The notes: generated by a model not told the origin, from the letters alone. 64,000 bases of DNA from a bacterium (GCA_963675755.2 CAXXMD010000002.1:2144001-2208000), one strand, 5' to 3'; positions 1 to 10,782 are shown, numbered from the stretch's first letter. Numbers and translations: made by a program.

Positions 1-1235
1 TTTACGGCATCCGGTCCCAGAGCAGGATTTTGAGAAAGTACCAACCCGGCGGCTGCTGAAACAAAAGGCGCGGCAAATGAAGTTCCGTTCATACTACTGT
101 AACTATTATCCAAATCCGTTGTCAGAATTTCAGAACCTGGTGCGGTCATGTCCACTGTAGGACCGTAATTTGAAAATCCGGAAATAAAATCATCACTGTC
201 AGTTGACCCCACGGATATGGTTTCAACAAAAGCTGAGGGATAATGCACAGCATCGGTTGAAGAGTTTCCCGCGCTTGCCACCATCACCACACCCTGCGAA
301 GCGGCATAACTTACCACATCCTGTACCAAACGGGTAACAAAGACATCTCCCCAACTCATATTGATAATCTGTGCGCCATTTTTAACCGCATACAAAATGG
401 CAGAAGCCACATCATCTTCTTCACCATTTCCCCCGGCAGTGAATGCTCGTAAAGCCATTACCCGGCATCCGGGTGCGGTTCCGGCAATACCCATATTGTT
501 GTTTGTTACACCGGCAATAATACCCGAAACTCCTGTCCCATGCCCCATTTCATCCATAGGATCATTGTCACGCTCGAGATAATCTCCACCATCAGGATAG
601 TTTGGCGCATCTGTAAAATCCCAGCCAAGTATATCGTCCACAAATCCATTATTATCGTCATCAATTCCGTTATGGTCTTCAAAATCTTCAATACCATTAC
701 CATTCAGGTCTTCACCGGGATTAATCCACACATTTCCCTGCAAATCCTCGTGATTATAATCCACTCCCGTATCAATAACAGCAATCAGCACCTCTTTATC
801 CCCTTGCTCAATATCCCATGCATCAAATGCTTTTATACGGGACAATGCCCACTGCTCATCGATGCGGCTGTCATTAGGTACATAGTCAAGCCTGAACGAA
901 CGGTTCGGCTGCACATAAACAACTCCATCCTGATTCTTTAATTGCTCCAGTGCGGATTCAGCATCCTTTTGCGATGTAAACGAGCATGTAATCCAGCTTG
1001 CGAGATACTTTTCGTCCAACGATGAATAGGCATCAACAAACACGGGTTTTACCTTATTAACAGAAAATGCGTTCAATACCTTGTCAACATTGGCAATACC
1101 GGTAGTATTATAAGATGCATTTTGCTTACGCAGCGAATAAACCTCAGGATCAATCTTGATCAACAATTGCTGTGAAAGAGACGTACCCCAAATTATCAAG
1201 ACAGGGATCCATATATGTATAAATTTAATTCTCAT
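1..1235 (-). CDS. Secreted S8 (subtilisin-family) serine peptidase, 3' end beyond the window edge
   Basis: Manually translated (absent from the ORF track). ATG at 1235 overlaps the upstream stop (ATGA). Signal peptide MRIKFIHIWIPVLIIWGTSSFS, then catalytic motifs IAVIDTG (Asp), HGTGVSG (His), SAGN and GTSFAAP (Ser). Frame stays open to base 1. Confidence 0.92.
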   Translation of the reverse strand, partial: MRIKFIHIWIPVLIIWGTSLSQQLLIKIDPEVYSLRKQNASYNTTGIANVDKVLNAFSVNKVKPVFVDAYSSLDEKYLASWITCSFTSQKDAESALEQLKNQDGVVYVQPNRSFRLDYVPNDSRIDEQWALSRIKAFDAWDIEQGDKEVLIAVIDTGVDYNHEDLQGNVWINPGEDLNGNGIEDFEDHNGIDDDNNGFVDDILGWDFTDAPNYPDGGDYLERDNDPMDEMGHGTGVSGIIAGVTNNNMGIAGTAPGCRVMALRAFTAGGNGEEDDVASAILYAVKNGAQIINMSWGDVFVTRLVQDVVSYAASQGVVMVASAGNSSTDAVHYPSAFVETISVGSTDSDDFISGFSNYGPTVDMTAPGSEILTTDLDNSYSSMNGTSFAAPFVSAAAGLVLSQNPALGPDAV

Positions 1236-2143
1236 GATTTTTCTTTCAAAATATATACCGGCAAAATGCGTGGAATCAGTATAATTAGCAGTAATAATTT
1301 TATAATACAGGTAGTCATTCTCTCGTAAAATGTTTTATCATATTTCCGGAAATACGCCGCAAATGAGCGGTGCGATGAAACGATCATGGCATCTCTAACC
1401 TGATATATGCTGGCCCCTTTTAAATGATATACAAAAGTATCGTTTGAGAAATATATTCGATCACCATTTTCATAAACCCGTCTGCACCAGTCCACATCAC
1501 TGAAAAACATGGGGAACCGCTCATCCAGCAGTCCATTTTTTTGAAAAACATCTCTATTCATTAAAAGAAACGCACCCTGAGGTTGTTCCACAAATTCTGA
1601 ATGGTTATGATCAAAGTCCGGCATTTTCCAGCGATTAAGTTGAGGGCTCCCGGAAAACATCCTCGACAAACCCAGCAATTCACATACAACATCCATTTTA
1701 CGTGGAAAACGTCTGCATGACGGCTGAATTTCACCCCCGGGATACCGTAATTGCGGAGCAATTACACCCGCATTTTGCATTTTCATCTGTTCAATTAGAA
1801 TTTCAAAAGTATCTTTACGGCAAACAATATCCGGATTCAGAATCAACACATATTCCCCGGTACACAGCTTTAATCCCTGGTTCACACCGCGGGTAAATCC
1901 GGTATTTTGCTTATTTTCAATAAAATTTAATGATGTAAAAGATAAAGAATCTAAAATTTGACGTATTTCAATTACCGTTTCATCCTGACTCTTGTTGTCA
2001 ACAAGAACCAGTTGACTGGTGTAACCTTTTAACGCGTCGGCAAGACTTTTTAATGTCTGTTGGATGTGGGACTGATTATTAAAGGTGACAATAACAATGG
2101 ATATTTGAAATGTAACACTCCCGGACTCTGTATTCACGAGCAT
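1232..2143 (-). CDS. Glycosyltransferase family 2 (WbbL/rhamnosyltransferase-like)
   Basis: ISIVIVTFN, LVDNKSQD, NTGFTRGVNQG, ILNPD, GAFLLM and FSDVDWC motifs. Confidence 0.88.
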   Translation of the reverse strand: MLVNTESGSVTFQISIVIVTFNNQSHIQQTLKSLADALKGYTSQLVLVDNKSQDETVIEIRQILDSLSFTSLNFIENKQNTGFTRGVNQGLKLCTGEYVLILNPDIVCRKDTFEILIEQMKMQNAGVIAPQLRYPGGEIQPSCRRFPRKMDVVCELLGLSRMFSGSPQLNRWKMPDFDHNHSEFVEQPQGAFLLMNRDVFQKNGLLDERFPMFFSDVDWCRRVYENGDRIYFSNDTFVYHLKGASIYQVRDAMIVSSHRSFAAYFRKYDKTFYERMTTCIIKLLLLIILIPRILPVYILKEKS

Positions 2144-2185
2144 ATCTCTTAATAAAAGGCCGTTATTGCTAACGGCCCCAAAATT

Positions 2186-4273
2186 TTATTCATTTTCTTC
2201 GAGTTTTTTGCGCAGGTATTCCAGTTTTGATTGATACCACTCATTTTCAGGACTTTTTTCCAACAGCATTTCAAAAACGTTAATAGCTTTTGCATACTGT
2301 CCCTGAGCAGCATAAATCTCACCCAGTGTAGGGGTAACAAACTTTTCCTTGGGTTTTTCTTCAGAATCATCAGCAGGGGCAGATTCAGCTTGTTTATTGG
2401 AATCATGTGGTTCCGGCGCACTGATAAATTCAGCAGTAGGTTTATCATCTTCATAAAATTCAGTCATACTGGTACGAGGAGTTGCCTCTTCCTGTTCGTA
2501 CTCGCTTACTACTTCGTCTTTAAATTCTTTGGGATCACCCAATCCGGCAAGAAAATCACTGAATTGCTCTTCATCTTCATCAATCTCATCATCTTCCTGA
2601 ACATGGACTGCACTCGTCTCAACATCTTCCTGAGAATCGTCCTCTTCAAAAGCCATAAATCCATCTGGAATATGGGGTTCTTCTGCCTGAGTATCCATTC
2701 CTTCCTGTTCAGGAATCAACTCTGCCTCTTCGGCTTTTGTCATTAAAAGATCTTCAGGTGAGGCATCATCATCCTCATCATCCGTATCAGTATCAAAAAA
2801 TGCATTGGCTGCCAGATCATCATCTATCTGCATTTCATCAAAATTATAAGAATCATCCAGTTCTGAAGTACCTTCAGATTCGGTAATAACTTGTTCCAGT
2901 TTATCACGAGTTTCAGATTCCTTGCGTTCTTCTTCTTCTACATCCTGACTGAAAATACCATCAAGTATATCTGAATATTTATCACTTTCTTCCCGAACAG
3001 AGTCATTTGCTACATGAGGCATATCTTCTTCTTCATCAAATGCAGCCTCTGGCTCTTCACGGGTCAATATAGGTTGTTCCGAAAGACTTTCTTCAATTTC
3101 TGGTTGCTCAAATTCTGTTTCTCGCTGTTCAAATTCCGTTTCATCTGGTGTTTCAAAAAATGTTTCTGATTCCATTTCAGTTTCAGTTTGATCATCATCG
3201 GTGGCAAACAGTTGCATATCATCGTCATCATCCGATGCGGTCATGGGAAAGATACTATCTTCCTGAGCGCCACCAAATATATCATCAGTAGAAGGTTGTA
3301 TATTCTCAGCAACCATTTCATCATCTATAACATCCTGATCAAGTTCAGGCTCTTCAGTTTCGGGCAAAACAAATTCTTCTGTTTTATCTTCAACAGTCGG
3401 GAATGCCTGGGTAAAGGTTTCCTGTTCTTCAGATGCATCAACACCAAAAGTTTCCGTTTCCGAAAACGATTCTGTTTCGTCTGCAACAGAAAATATATCA
3501 TCAAACTGTTCATCATCCTGATCTTCAGTTACCATTGTATCCTGAAAAACAGAATCAGATTCTACTTCAAACTCATCATCTGAACTTTCAGATTCATTTT
3601 CAAAAAGGGCTTCAACTGTTTCATCAGCCAGACGATACTCATCCATATCAGTATCTTGAATATCCTCTGCCACATCAGCATCCAGTTCCATACTGGTATC
3701 AGAAAAATTATCTTCCTGTTCATCACCAAAAATGGATTCAATGGTTGCGTCACTGTCTTCCGCGGATGCCCCAAACATTTCGTCTACTGGTTCCTGCTCA
3801 TGGATTATATCATCATCTTCAGAAACCGGTTCAATATTTACACCCGGTTCTGCAGAACGTTGAACTTCAAACGTAAAATTCCCAAGAGACTCTTTCATAT
3901 GAGTTTCAAGCGGATCAATTTCCAGTATTTTCTCATAACTGGTTTCTGCCGAGTTGGCCCAGCCGGTATGTGTCATCAAATCACCATACAATTTATGTGC
4001 GGTGAGATGATTGGATTGAATAGACAAGAGTCTTCTAAATTCCTGGTCCGCTTGTTCAAAGTCACTGGTTTTCATAAAACATTTAGCCAAAACCAAATGC
4101 GCATTTGAATATTCAGGGTGTTCTTCAAGTCCACGATTGCAGATATCTATCGCCTGATCATATTCTTCCATCTGCATGTAACGTTCAGCAAGTCTGGCAA
4201 AAAGCATGGATTGAGGATTCAACTCGATACGTTTTTGCAGCCACTTTATTTCATCTGTTAAATTCTTGAACAT
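2186..4273 (-). CDS. TPR protein with a very long Asp/Glu-rich disordered linker and a C-terminal TPR
   Basis: N-terminal TPRs (LAERYMQMEEYDQAIDIC; AHLVLAKCF), about 500 aa of acidic sequence, and C-terminal TLGEIYAAQGQYAKAINVFEMLL. ATG 4273 chosen because AAGGGTG precedes it; the ORF track starts at 4291. Confidence 0.8.
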   Translation of the reverse strand: MFKNLTDEIKWLQKRIELNPQSMLFARLAERYMQMEEYDQAIDICNRGLEEHPEYSNAHLVLAKCFMKTSDFEQADQEFRRLLSIQSNHLTAHKLYGDLMTHTGWANSAETSYEKILEIDPLETHMKESLGNFTFEVQRSAEPGVNIEPVSEDDDIIHEQEPVDEMFGASAEDSDATIESIFGDEQEDNFSDTSMELDADVAEDIQDTDMDEYRLADETVEALFENESESSDDEFEVESDSVFQDTMVTEDQDDEQFDDIFSVADETESFSETETFGVDASEEQETFTQAFPTVEDKTEEFVLPETEEPELDQDVIDDEMVAENIQPSTDDIFGGAQEDSIFPMTASDDDDDMQLFATDDDQTETEMESETFFETPDETEFEQRETEFEQPEIEESLSEQPILTREEPEAAFDEEEDMPHVANDSVREESDKYSDILDGIFSQDVEEEERKESETRDKLEQVITESEGTSELDDSYNFDEMQIDDDLAANAFFDTDTDDEDDDASPEDLLMTKAEEAELIPEQEGMDTQAEEPHIPDGFMAFEEDDSQEDVETSAVHVQEDDEIDEDEEQFSDFLAGLGDPKEFKDEVVSEYEQEEATPRTSMTEFYEDDKPTAEFISAPEPHDSNKQAESAPADDSEEKPKEKFVTPTLGEIYAAQGQYAKAINVFEMLLEKSPENEWYQSKLEYLRKKLEENE

Positions 4274-4365
4274 AATATCACCCTTATGCAATACAATCTA
4301 AAAAAATTTACGTTATTCATAATAAAAATGCAACAAATTTCTATAAAATCAATATGTTACTCTAC

Positions 4366-4860
4366 TTACCACCCCGAAACGGTTTTATTTAAAATTTCTT
4401 CACTTGTTTTTTCGATGGCTTCGGTAATTGCGGTTAGCCGTCCATCTGCACCTTCTGCTGGATCATAGGTGCCAAACTGGGTTAAACGTTCTTCCCACAT
4501 GACCTGTCGTTTTACCTGGTCCGTGCACTTTATCTTGACAGTAACATATATTTTCAGGTCTTCTACTTCTTCTGATTGTGTATAAGCGCCAGCCCGGTCA
4601 TCAATACGGATGATGGATCCCTCTACCAAGACATCCGAACTACCCCGCTCCGAAATCTTTAATGAACCGTCACGTGTAAACTCGTCAATCAGTGTATCTG
4701 TCATCTCTTCAGCAACACCAAATTCCGCAGTCCGGTTATCAAACAAAGGGATTGCAACCGTGTTCAAATGTGGGGGCAATGATCCCGAAAAGGAATAAAA
4801 GCCACAGTGCATTACAGTAATCAGTGTTAAGGTTGTCAAAATATATACTATTTTTTTCAT
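4366..4860 (-). CDS. lptE: LptE-family LPS assembly lipoprotein
   Basis: Lipoprotein signal ending ...VMHC-GFYSFSG, and TVAIPLFDNRT typical of FCB-group LptE. Confidence 0.75.
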   Translation of the reverse strand: MKKIVYILTTLTLITVMHCGFYSFSGSLPPHLNTVAIPLFDNRTAEFGVAEEMTDTLIDEFTRDGSLKISERGSSDVLVEGSIIRIDDRAGAYTQSEEVEDLKIYVTVKIKCTDQVKRQVMWEERLTQFGTYDPAEGADGRLTAITEAIEKTSEEILNKTVSGW

Positions 4861-6047
4861 TTTTCACGTAAACCATATTGATTAATTTTCCGATACAAGG
4901 TGCGCTCACTTAATCCCAGTATCTGTGCAGCCTTGCGCTTGCTGCCTCCTGTTTTTTGCAGCGTTTTTTCAATCAACTGTCTTTCCATATCTGCAACCGA
5001 AGTCTGATCAACTGGCGGTTGTGGATTCGGTTGTGAATATTCATTGGGCAATTCATCCCGCCAGGCACCTAACCTGTAGGGTAGAGCGCTTCCACCAGCC
5101 AGAATTATTTCACGCAATTGAGCAATCTCGTCCTTGATCTCTAACAACACCCTGAATAAAAACTCGCGTTCCATTTCATCTTTGGGTTTATTCAAAGGAA
5201 CAGGCAGACTTTTGTCATAGGGTTCTTCCTGAGGAAGATACTTGTCTAACACAAATTCGTCTATTTTTCGTCCCCGTTCAAGAACAATAACCTTTTCAAC
5301 AAGATTTTTCAGCTCTCGTATATTACCCGGCCAACTGTACTCTTGCAGCCTGAATATGGAATTGGGAGCAAATCCCTGAAACTCGATCAGGTTCTCACGG
5401 CTAAATTCCGAAGCAAATTTCTTGACCAGTACCGGAATATCTTCACGTCGTTCACGCAAACTTGGCACTTTGACGTGCATGGCGTTTAAGCGATAAAATA
5501 AATCCTGACGAAAATTGCCTTTTCTGACCTCTTCTTCCAGGTTCCGGTTGGTTGCGGCAATGAACCGTATATCTACTTTATGCAATTCTGAACCACCCAC
5601 ACGGATGAATTCGCGGCCTTCAAGTACTCTTAATAACTTTACCTGAATAGACAGGGGTAGCTCCCCTATCTCGTCCAGGAAAATACTGCCGGTGTCTGCC
5701 AGTTCAAAATACCCTTTTCTTGGGCCAACAGCCCCGGTGAACGATCCCTTTTCGTGCCCAAACAATTCAGACTCGAGAATGCCTTCGGGAATCGCTCCAC
5801 AGTTGACGGTAATCAACGGTGCGCTGTGCCGTTTACTTAGATTGTGCACAGCTTTGGCAACCAGCTCTTTACCGGTACCGCTTTCTCCTGTGATCAATAC
5901 AGAGATATCCGTAGGAGCGACCTGGTCCAGAGTCTCCAGCATTTGACGGACTTTATCAGAATCTCCAAGAATACCAACATGATCCTGGATTTCCCGCCAG
6001 TGTTCAAAATGCTTTAAACCATTGTCATATGTTTCAGTGCTGTTCAC
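4857..6047 (-). CDS. Sigma-54-dependent Fis-family transcriptional activator without a receiver domain
   Basis: Walker A GESGTGKE, GSFTGA loop, FLDEIGE, WPGNIREL and C-terminal HTH (AAQILGLSERTLYRK). Confidence 0.93.
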   Translation of the reverse strand: MNSTETYDNGLKHFEHWREIQDHVGILGDSDKVRQMLETLDQVAPTDISVLITGESGTGKELVAKAVHNLSKRHSAPLITVNCGAIPEGILESELFGHEKGSFTGAVGPRKGYFELADTGSIFLDEIGELPLSIQVKLLRVLEGREFIRVGGSELHKVDIRFIAATNRNLEEEVRKGNFRQDLFYRLNAMHVKVPSLRERREDIPVLVKKFASEFSRENLIEFQGFAPNSIFRLQEYSWPGNIRELKNLVEKVIVLERGRKIDEFVLDKYLPQEEPYDKSLPVPLNKPKDEMEREFLFRVLLEIKDEIAQLREIILAGGSALPYRLGAWRDELPNEYSQPNPQPPVDQTSVADMERQLIEKTLQKTGGSKRKAAQILGLSERTLYRKINQYGLREK

Positions 6048-6065
6048 AATATATACCTGTTTTTG

Positions 6066-6989
6066 TTATATTTCATATTTCTTGAAATATTCTACGGTTT
6101 CTTTTAAACCTTCCTGCAGGGAAGTTTTGGGTTCCCAACCAAGCGTTTTCTTGATTTTTTCATAGGAAACAACGCTTCTAAACTGTTCACCTTCTTTACC
6201 GGGACCATGTTGTTCATCCAGGTTGGCTCCGGTTTCTGTGCTCAGAATACGATAAACATCATTAATGGTACTTTCAATGCTGGTGCCCACATTAAAAATA
6301 TTGCTTTCTTCATTTTGTAATGCCAGTACGTTAGCACGTACAACATCTTTCACAAACACAAAGTCTCTTGTCTGTTCACCGTTACCATTTATAACCGGCT
6401 GCTGTTTTTCCAGCAGCATTTTGATAAAAATAGCGACAACACCTGCTTCACCATGCGGATTCTGACGGGGGCCATAAACATTGGCATAACGCAATGCAGT
6501 ATATTTCATTCCATAATTCAGAGCATAGAAAAACAAATACTTTTCACCTACCAGCTTGGTAATACCATAGGGGCTATAAGGCTGCAGTTTGTGTTCTTCA
6601 TCCGCGGGAAAGTAATCCTGCTCACCGTAAATAGCACCACCGGAAGAAGAAAAGATCACCTTTTTAACTCCGTTTTTGGCACTGTTTTGCAGAATATTGA
6701 TAAAACCCAATACATTGTTCTTTGCATCATAGATAGGGTCTTCTACGGATTTTCTCACATCCATTTGGGCTGCATGGTGGTTTACCACATCGATACGGTG
6801 TTTTTGAAAAATCTCTTCAACCTCAGGATCCTGTATATTGGCACAGATAAATTCTGCGTTTTTATTGACATTCTCCAGACGACCGGTGGAAAGATCATCC
6901 AGTATGATCACCTTGTGACCTTCTTCGATATATGCATCAGCAATTTGCGAAGCGATAAATCCGGCCCCGCCTGTTACCAGTATATTCAT
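6066..6989 (-). CDS. NAD-dependent epimerase/dehydratase (UDP-glucose 4-epimerase-like)
   Basis: GGAGFI, YGITK (YxxxK) and RYANVYGPRQ motifs. Confidence 0.9.
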   Translation of the reverse strand: MNILVTGGAGFIASQIADAYIEEGHKVIILDDLSTGRLENVNKNAEFICANIQDPEVEEIFQKHRIDVVNHHAAQMDVRKSVEDPIYDAKNNVLGFINILQNSAKNGVKKVIFSSSGGAIYGEQDYFPADEEHKLQPYSPYGITKLVGEKYLFFYALNYGMKYTALRYANVYGPRQNPHGEAGVVAIFIKMLLEKQQPVINGNGEQTRDFVFVKDVVRANVLALQNEESNIFNVGTSIESTINDVYRILSTETGANLDEQHGPGKEGEQFRSVVSYEKIKKTLGWEPKTSLQEGLKETVEYFKKYEI

Positions 6990-6999
6990 AATTATGCTC

Positions 7000-8265
7000 C
7001 TATTTTAATGCGCGCCAGGCGATATCACGACGATAGTATGCGCCATCAAAGGCAATTTTTCCAACACCCTTGTATACCTTATCGATTGCTTGTTTTATAT
7101 TGTCACCGGTAGCGGTTACGCCCAATACACGTCCGCCATTGGTAACAACTTTATCTCCTTCAAAACGTGTTCCCGCATGAAAGACCATTACATTGTCATC
7201 GATACGGCCATCAAGACCTAAAATTTCTTTACCGTTTTCATATTTACCCGGGTACCCGCCGGATGCAATAACCACACATACCGCGGCACTGTCATGATTT
7301 TCAAAATCCAGATCTTTTAACGTACCGTCTCGGGATGCCATCATGGCTTCCAAAAGATCGGTTTTAACCAGCGGTAAAACAGCCTGAGTCTCGGGATCTC
7401 CAAAGCGGCAATTGTATTCCAAAACTTTGGGACCACTCTGGGTCAACATTAAACCCGCGTACAAGACACCCTTGTAGGGACGTCCTTCAAGCGCCAGCCC
7501 CTTTAATGTAGGTTCCATGATTGTTTTTTTAATGTGGTCCATCATGGCATCATCAATATACGGAGTGGGGGCATACGCACCCATACCACCGGTATTTGGT
7601 CCCTCATCCTGATCAAAGATCCGCTTGTGGTCTTGTGAGGGGGTAAGGTAAACCATGTTTTCGCCATCTGCAATGGCAAGCACAGACACTTCAGGACCTT
7701 CCATATACTCTTCAATCACCACTTTGCGGCCCGCTTCACCAAATGCGTTCTGTTTCATAATCAGATCAATGGCTTCAAAAGCCTGTTCACGAGTCATGCA
7801 AACAATGGCGCCTTTACCGGCAGCCAAACCATCCGCTTTGACTACAATGGGAATGACACTGTTTTCAAGGTACTGACGTGCTTCATTATACTCTGTAAAC
7901 ACTTTATAAGTTGCAGTTGGAATATCATATTTATCCAGCAGGTATTTGCAAAAAGTTTTACTGCCTTCAAGCTCTGCGGCTTTTTCACTGGGACCAAAAA
8001 CAGGCATACTGTTTTTCTCAAATTCATCAACAATACCCATTACCAACGGAAGTTCAGGACCTATCACTGTAAAGTCTACATTCTTTTCCATGGCAAACTG
8101 TAATAATCCCTTTATATCCGTAACGGAAATGTCTCTGCATTCTGCAAGTTGAGCAATACCCGCGTTACCCGGTGCACAAAACACATTGGTAACCAGTTCA
8201 CTCTGTTTCAACTTCCAAACCAAAGCATGTTCACGGCCGCCGCCGCCAACAACCAGTATATTCAT
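7000..8265 (-). CDS. purD: Phosphoribosylamine-glycine ligase
   Basis: GGGGREHAL, APGNAG, KADGLAAGKG, NTGGMGAY, EYNCRFGDPE and TNGGRVL motifs. ATG 8265 follows AAAGGA. Confidence 0.97.
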   Translation of the reverse strand: MNILVVGGGGREHALVWKLKQSELVTNVFCAPGNAGIAQLAECRDISVTDIKGLLQFAMEKNVDFTVIGPELPLVMGIVDEFEKNSMPVFGPSEKAAELEGSKTFCKYLLDKYDIPTATYKVFTEYNEARQYLENSVIPIVVKADGLAAGKGAIVCMTREQAFEAIDLIMKQNAFGEAGRKVVIEEYMEGPEVSVLAIADGENMVYLTPSQDHKRIFDQDEGPNTGGMGAYAPTPYIDDAMMDHIKKTIMEPTLKGLALEGRPYKGVLYAGLMLTQSGPKVLEYNCRFGDPETQAVLPLVKTDLLEAMMASRDGTLKDLDFENHDSAAVCVVIASGGYPGKYENGKEILGLDGRIDDNVMVFHAGTRFEGDKVVTNGGRVLGVTATGDNIKQAIDKVYKGVGKIAFDGAYYRRDIAWRALK

Positions 8266-8292
8266 TTTTGGTCCTTTCAAATAAATTTCAGA

Positions 8293-10341
8293 TTAATATT
8301 TGACCCGTTTTCCTCTACCCGTACGGGGATTCAGTGCACCGCTGTTCAAATCCTGAATACGGTCACGTAAATCCGCTGCTTTTTCAAATTCCATATGTGA
8401 CGCCGCTTCATACATCTGGTGCTCTAACTGAAGCAGGTATTCGTTCTTTTCTTCAAAAGAGAGTTTTTTCCAGTTCTCTTTGAATTGTTTTTCTTCATCC
8501 GCAGATTGCTTTTTACCATAGGGTGCCGGTTTGGCATCTGCAACCCGTGTTGCGCCCATTACCGCTTCGATGGATTTCATAATGGTTGTGGGCGTTATAT
8601 TATGTTCTTCATTGTATTTCTGTTGAATGGCACGACGACGATTGGTCTCGTCTATGGCAACCTGCATGGAATCCGTTACCTTGTCCGCATAAAATATAAC
8701 AATACCCTCTGAATTTCGCGCAGCTCTTCCTGCAGTCTGTATCAACGATCGTGCCGAACGTAAATAGCCTTCCTTGTCCGCATCCAGTATTGCCACCAGC
8801 GAAACTTCGGGCAAATCCAATCCCTCTCGCAGCAGGTTAATACCCACCAATACGTCAAACTCGCCCAAACGCAGATCACGCAAAATGGCCATACGGTCCA
8901 ACGCGTCTATTTCCGAGTGCATATACCGCACCCGAATGCCAATACCCGCCAGGTAATCGGTCAGGTCTTCCGACATACGCTTGGTCAATGTGGTTACCAG
9001 TACACGCTCGTTCTTGTCCGCGCGAATATTAATCTCGTGTACCAGATCGTCGATCTGCCCTTTGACAGGACGTATTACAATCTGGGGATCCATAAGTCCG
9101 GTGGGACGAATGATCTGTTCAGACACAACACCATTACACTTTTCCATCTCATAATCCGCAGGCGTTGCAGATACAAAGACGACTTTGTCTATTACTTTTT
9201 CAAATTCATCAAAATTTAACGGACGGTTATCCAGCGCCGATGGCAGCCGAAAACCGTGCTCTACCAGTGTTTCTTTACGGGACCGGTCACCAAAATACAT
9301 GCCCCTGAACTGCGGAACCGACACGTGCGACTCGTCAATGATCATTAAAAAATCATCCGGAAAATAATCGATCAGCGTATACGGCCTCTCACCCGCTTTT
9401 CGTCCGGACAAATGCCGCGAATAGTTTTCGATACCCGAGCAAAAGCCGATTTCCTGCATCATCTCGATATCGTAACGGGTTTTCGACTCCAGTCGCTGTG
9501 CCTCTACCAGCTTGTTCTCTTTGCGGAACTTTATCAATTGCTGGTCCAGTTCTTCTTCTATATCTGTAATGGCTTTTTGAAGTTGCGTATAGGGGGTTAC
9601 AAAATGCTTGGCGGGAAAGATGGCCACATTGGGACGACGACTTTTAATCTCGCCGGTAATCGTGTCTACAATCGAGATTTCTTCAATCTCGTCGCCAAAC
9701 ATCTCGATACGGATTGCCTCTTTTTCATACGCGGGGATCAGTTCAATCACATCACCACGCACCCGGAACGTACCGCGCTCAAACGCAATATCGTTACGGC
9801 TGTACTGGATCTCTACCAGCTTGCGCAGGATCTCATCCCGATCGATCCGCTGTCCCACATTCAGGAACAAAAGCATCTGCTTCCAGGTCTCCGGTGTTCC
9901 CAAACCATATATACACGAAACCGACGCGACAATAATTACATCACTGCGGGTCATCAAAGAACTGGTGGCCTTTAACCGCAATCGATCAATCTCGTCATTG
10001 ATAGACGTATCTTTTTCGATATAGGTATCCGTAGACGGCAGATACGCTTCCGGCTGGTAATAATCGTAATAACTGATAAAATATTCTACCGCATTGTCGG
10101 GGAAAAAGCTTTTAAACTCTCCGTACAACTGGGCCGCCAGGGTCTTGTTGTGCGAAATTACCAATGTGGGACGGTTATAGCGGGCAATCACATTCGCCAT
10201 GGTATAAGTTTTACCGCTACCGGTAACTCCCAGCAGCGTTTGAAACTTTTCACCCTGCTCCAGTCCCTGTGTCAGCTCATTTACTGCCTGCGGCTGATCA
10301 CCCTGTAATTTATAATCTGATACTAGCTTAAATTTATCCAT
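8293..10341 (-). CDS. uvrB: Excinuclease ABC subunit B
   Basis: [33 protein letters not shown] and C-terminal UVR motif (FEKAADLRD). Start taken at MDKFKL (10341). Confidence 0.97.
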   Translation of the reverse strand: MDKFKLVSDYKLQGDQPQAVNELTQGLEQGEKFQTLLGVTGSGKTYTMANVIARYNRPTLVISHNKTLAAQLYGEFKSFFPDNAVEYFISYYDYYQPEAYLPSTDTYIEKDTSINDEIDRLRLKATSSLMTRSDVIIVASVSCIYGLGTPETWKQMLLFLNVGQRIDRDEILRKLVEIQYSRNDIAFERGTFRVRGDVIELIPAYEKEAIRIEMFGDEIEEISIVDTITGEIKSRRPNVAIFPAKHFVTPYTQLQKAITDIEEELDQQLIKFRKENKLVEAQRLESKTRYDIEMMQEIGFCSGIENYSRHLSGRKAGERPYTLIDYFPDDFLMIIDESHVSVPQFRGMYFGDRSRKETLVEHGFRLPSALDNRPLNFDEFEKVIDKVVFVSATPADYEMEKCNGVVSEQIIRPTGLMDPQIVIRPVKGQIDDLVHEINIRADKNERVLVTTLTKRMSEDLTDYLAGIGIRVRYMHSEIDALDRMAILRDLRLGEFDVLVGINLLREGLDLPEVSLVAILDADKEGYLRSARSLIQTAGRAARNSEGIVIFYADKVTDSMQVAIDETNRRRAIQQKYNEEHNITPTTIMKSIEAVMGATRVADAKPAPYGKKQSADEEKQFKENWKKLSFEEKNEYLLQLEHQMYEAASHMEFEKAADLRDRIQDLNSGALNPRTGRGKRVKY

Positions 10342-10396
10342 AACTCTATTAAAATATGAGAATTGCGTATTTATCCAATATAAAAAATCTGACAAC

Positions 10397-10425
10397 AATA
10401 TACTATCAATATGACAAATTGTCAA
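10397..10425 (-). promoter_or_regulatory. Sigma-70-type promoter of uvrB
   Basis: TTGACA-17 bp-TATATT on the minus strand, about 55 bp upstream of the ATG. Confidence 0.65.
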
Positions 10426-10507
10426 GCTGTAAGTGACCTTGATTTAACCTTGATTAAAAGGATTAGACCATGATTACCATGATAAGAAGGATTAAAGTCG
10501 GTCACTG

Positions 10508-10542
10508 CCCTTCGATACTCTGCCTACGGCAGATACTCAGGG
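10508..10542 (-). repeat. Palindromic repeat, family A (CCTGAGTAT-hairpin-GTATCGAAGG)
   Basis: Reverse complement CCCTGAGTATCTGCCGTAGGCAGAGTATCGAAGGG matches the 41-bp units at 52830-52950. Confidence 0.75.
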
Positions 10543-10570
10543 TCCGTGCCCGCCGAAGGCCCGATTCCTT

Positions 10571-10596
10571 GTACGGGCGGACCTGCGTGTCTGCCC
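10571..10596 (+). repeat. REP-like palindrome, family B (GTA(C/G)GGGC..GACCTG.GTGTC.GCCC)
   Basis: GTACGGGCGGACCTGCGTGTCTGCCC, with near-identical copies at 10829 and 33003. Confidence 0.75.
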
Positions 10597-10662
10597 CCAG
10601 ATCGCCGGGTGCATTTACGCCCGGCGGAACATTACTCAGGACTTGAGTCCTGAAAAGAACAC

Positions 10663-10775
10663 TGTCTGAATTATGATACTTGAGATTAAAAGATGATAGG
10701 ATTGCAACCATTACTCCTTATCCCCCCCTCTCTCATCCTATTAATCCTCAAATCCTACCCATCCTAATTCAGACA
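10663..10775. repeat. 113-bp element with 11-bp terminal inverted repeats and periodic GAT/ATCCT arms
   Basis: TGTCTGAATTA...TAATTCAGACA. The right arm has ATCCT every 8-9 bp and the left arm has the complementary (A)GAT periodicity. Confidence 0.6.
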
Positions 10776-10782
10776 AAAGCCT

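Noticed and set aside
361-941. Short ORFs 361-582, 506-703 and 540-941 from the ORF track
   Set aside because: Shadow frames of the S8 peptidase gene, which the track missed because it runs off the edge.
10342-10425. N-terminal extension of UvrB in the ORF track
   Set aside because: The TTG is part of the -35 box, and homology starts at MDKFKL.
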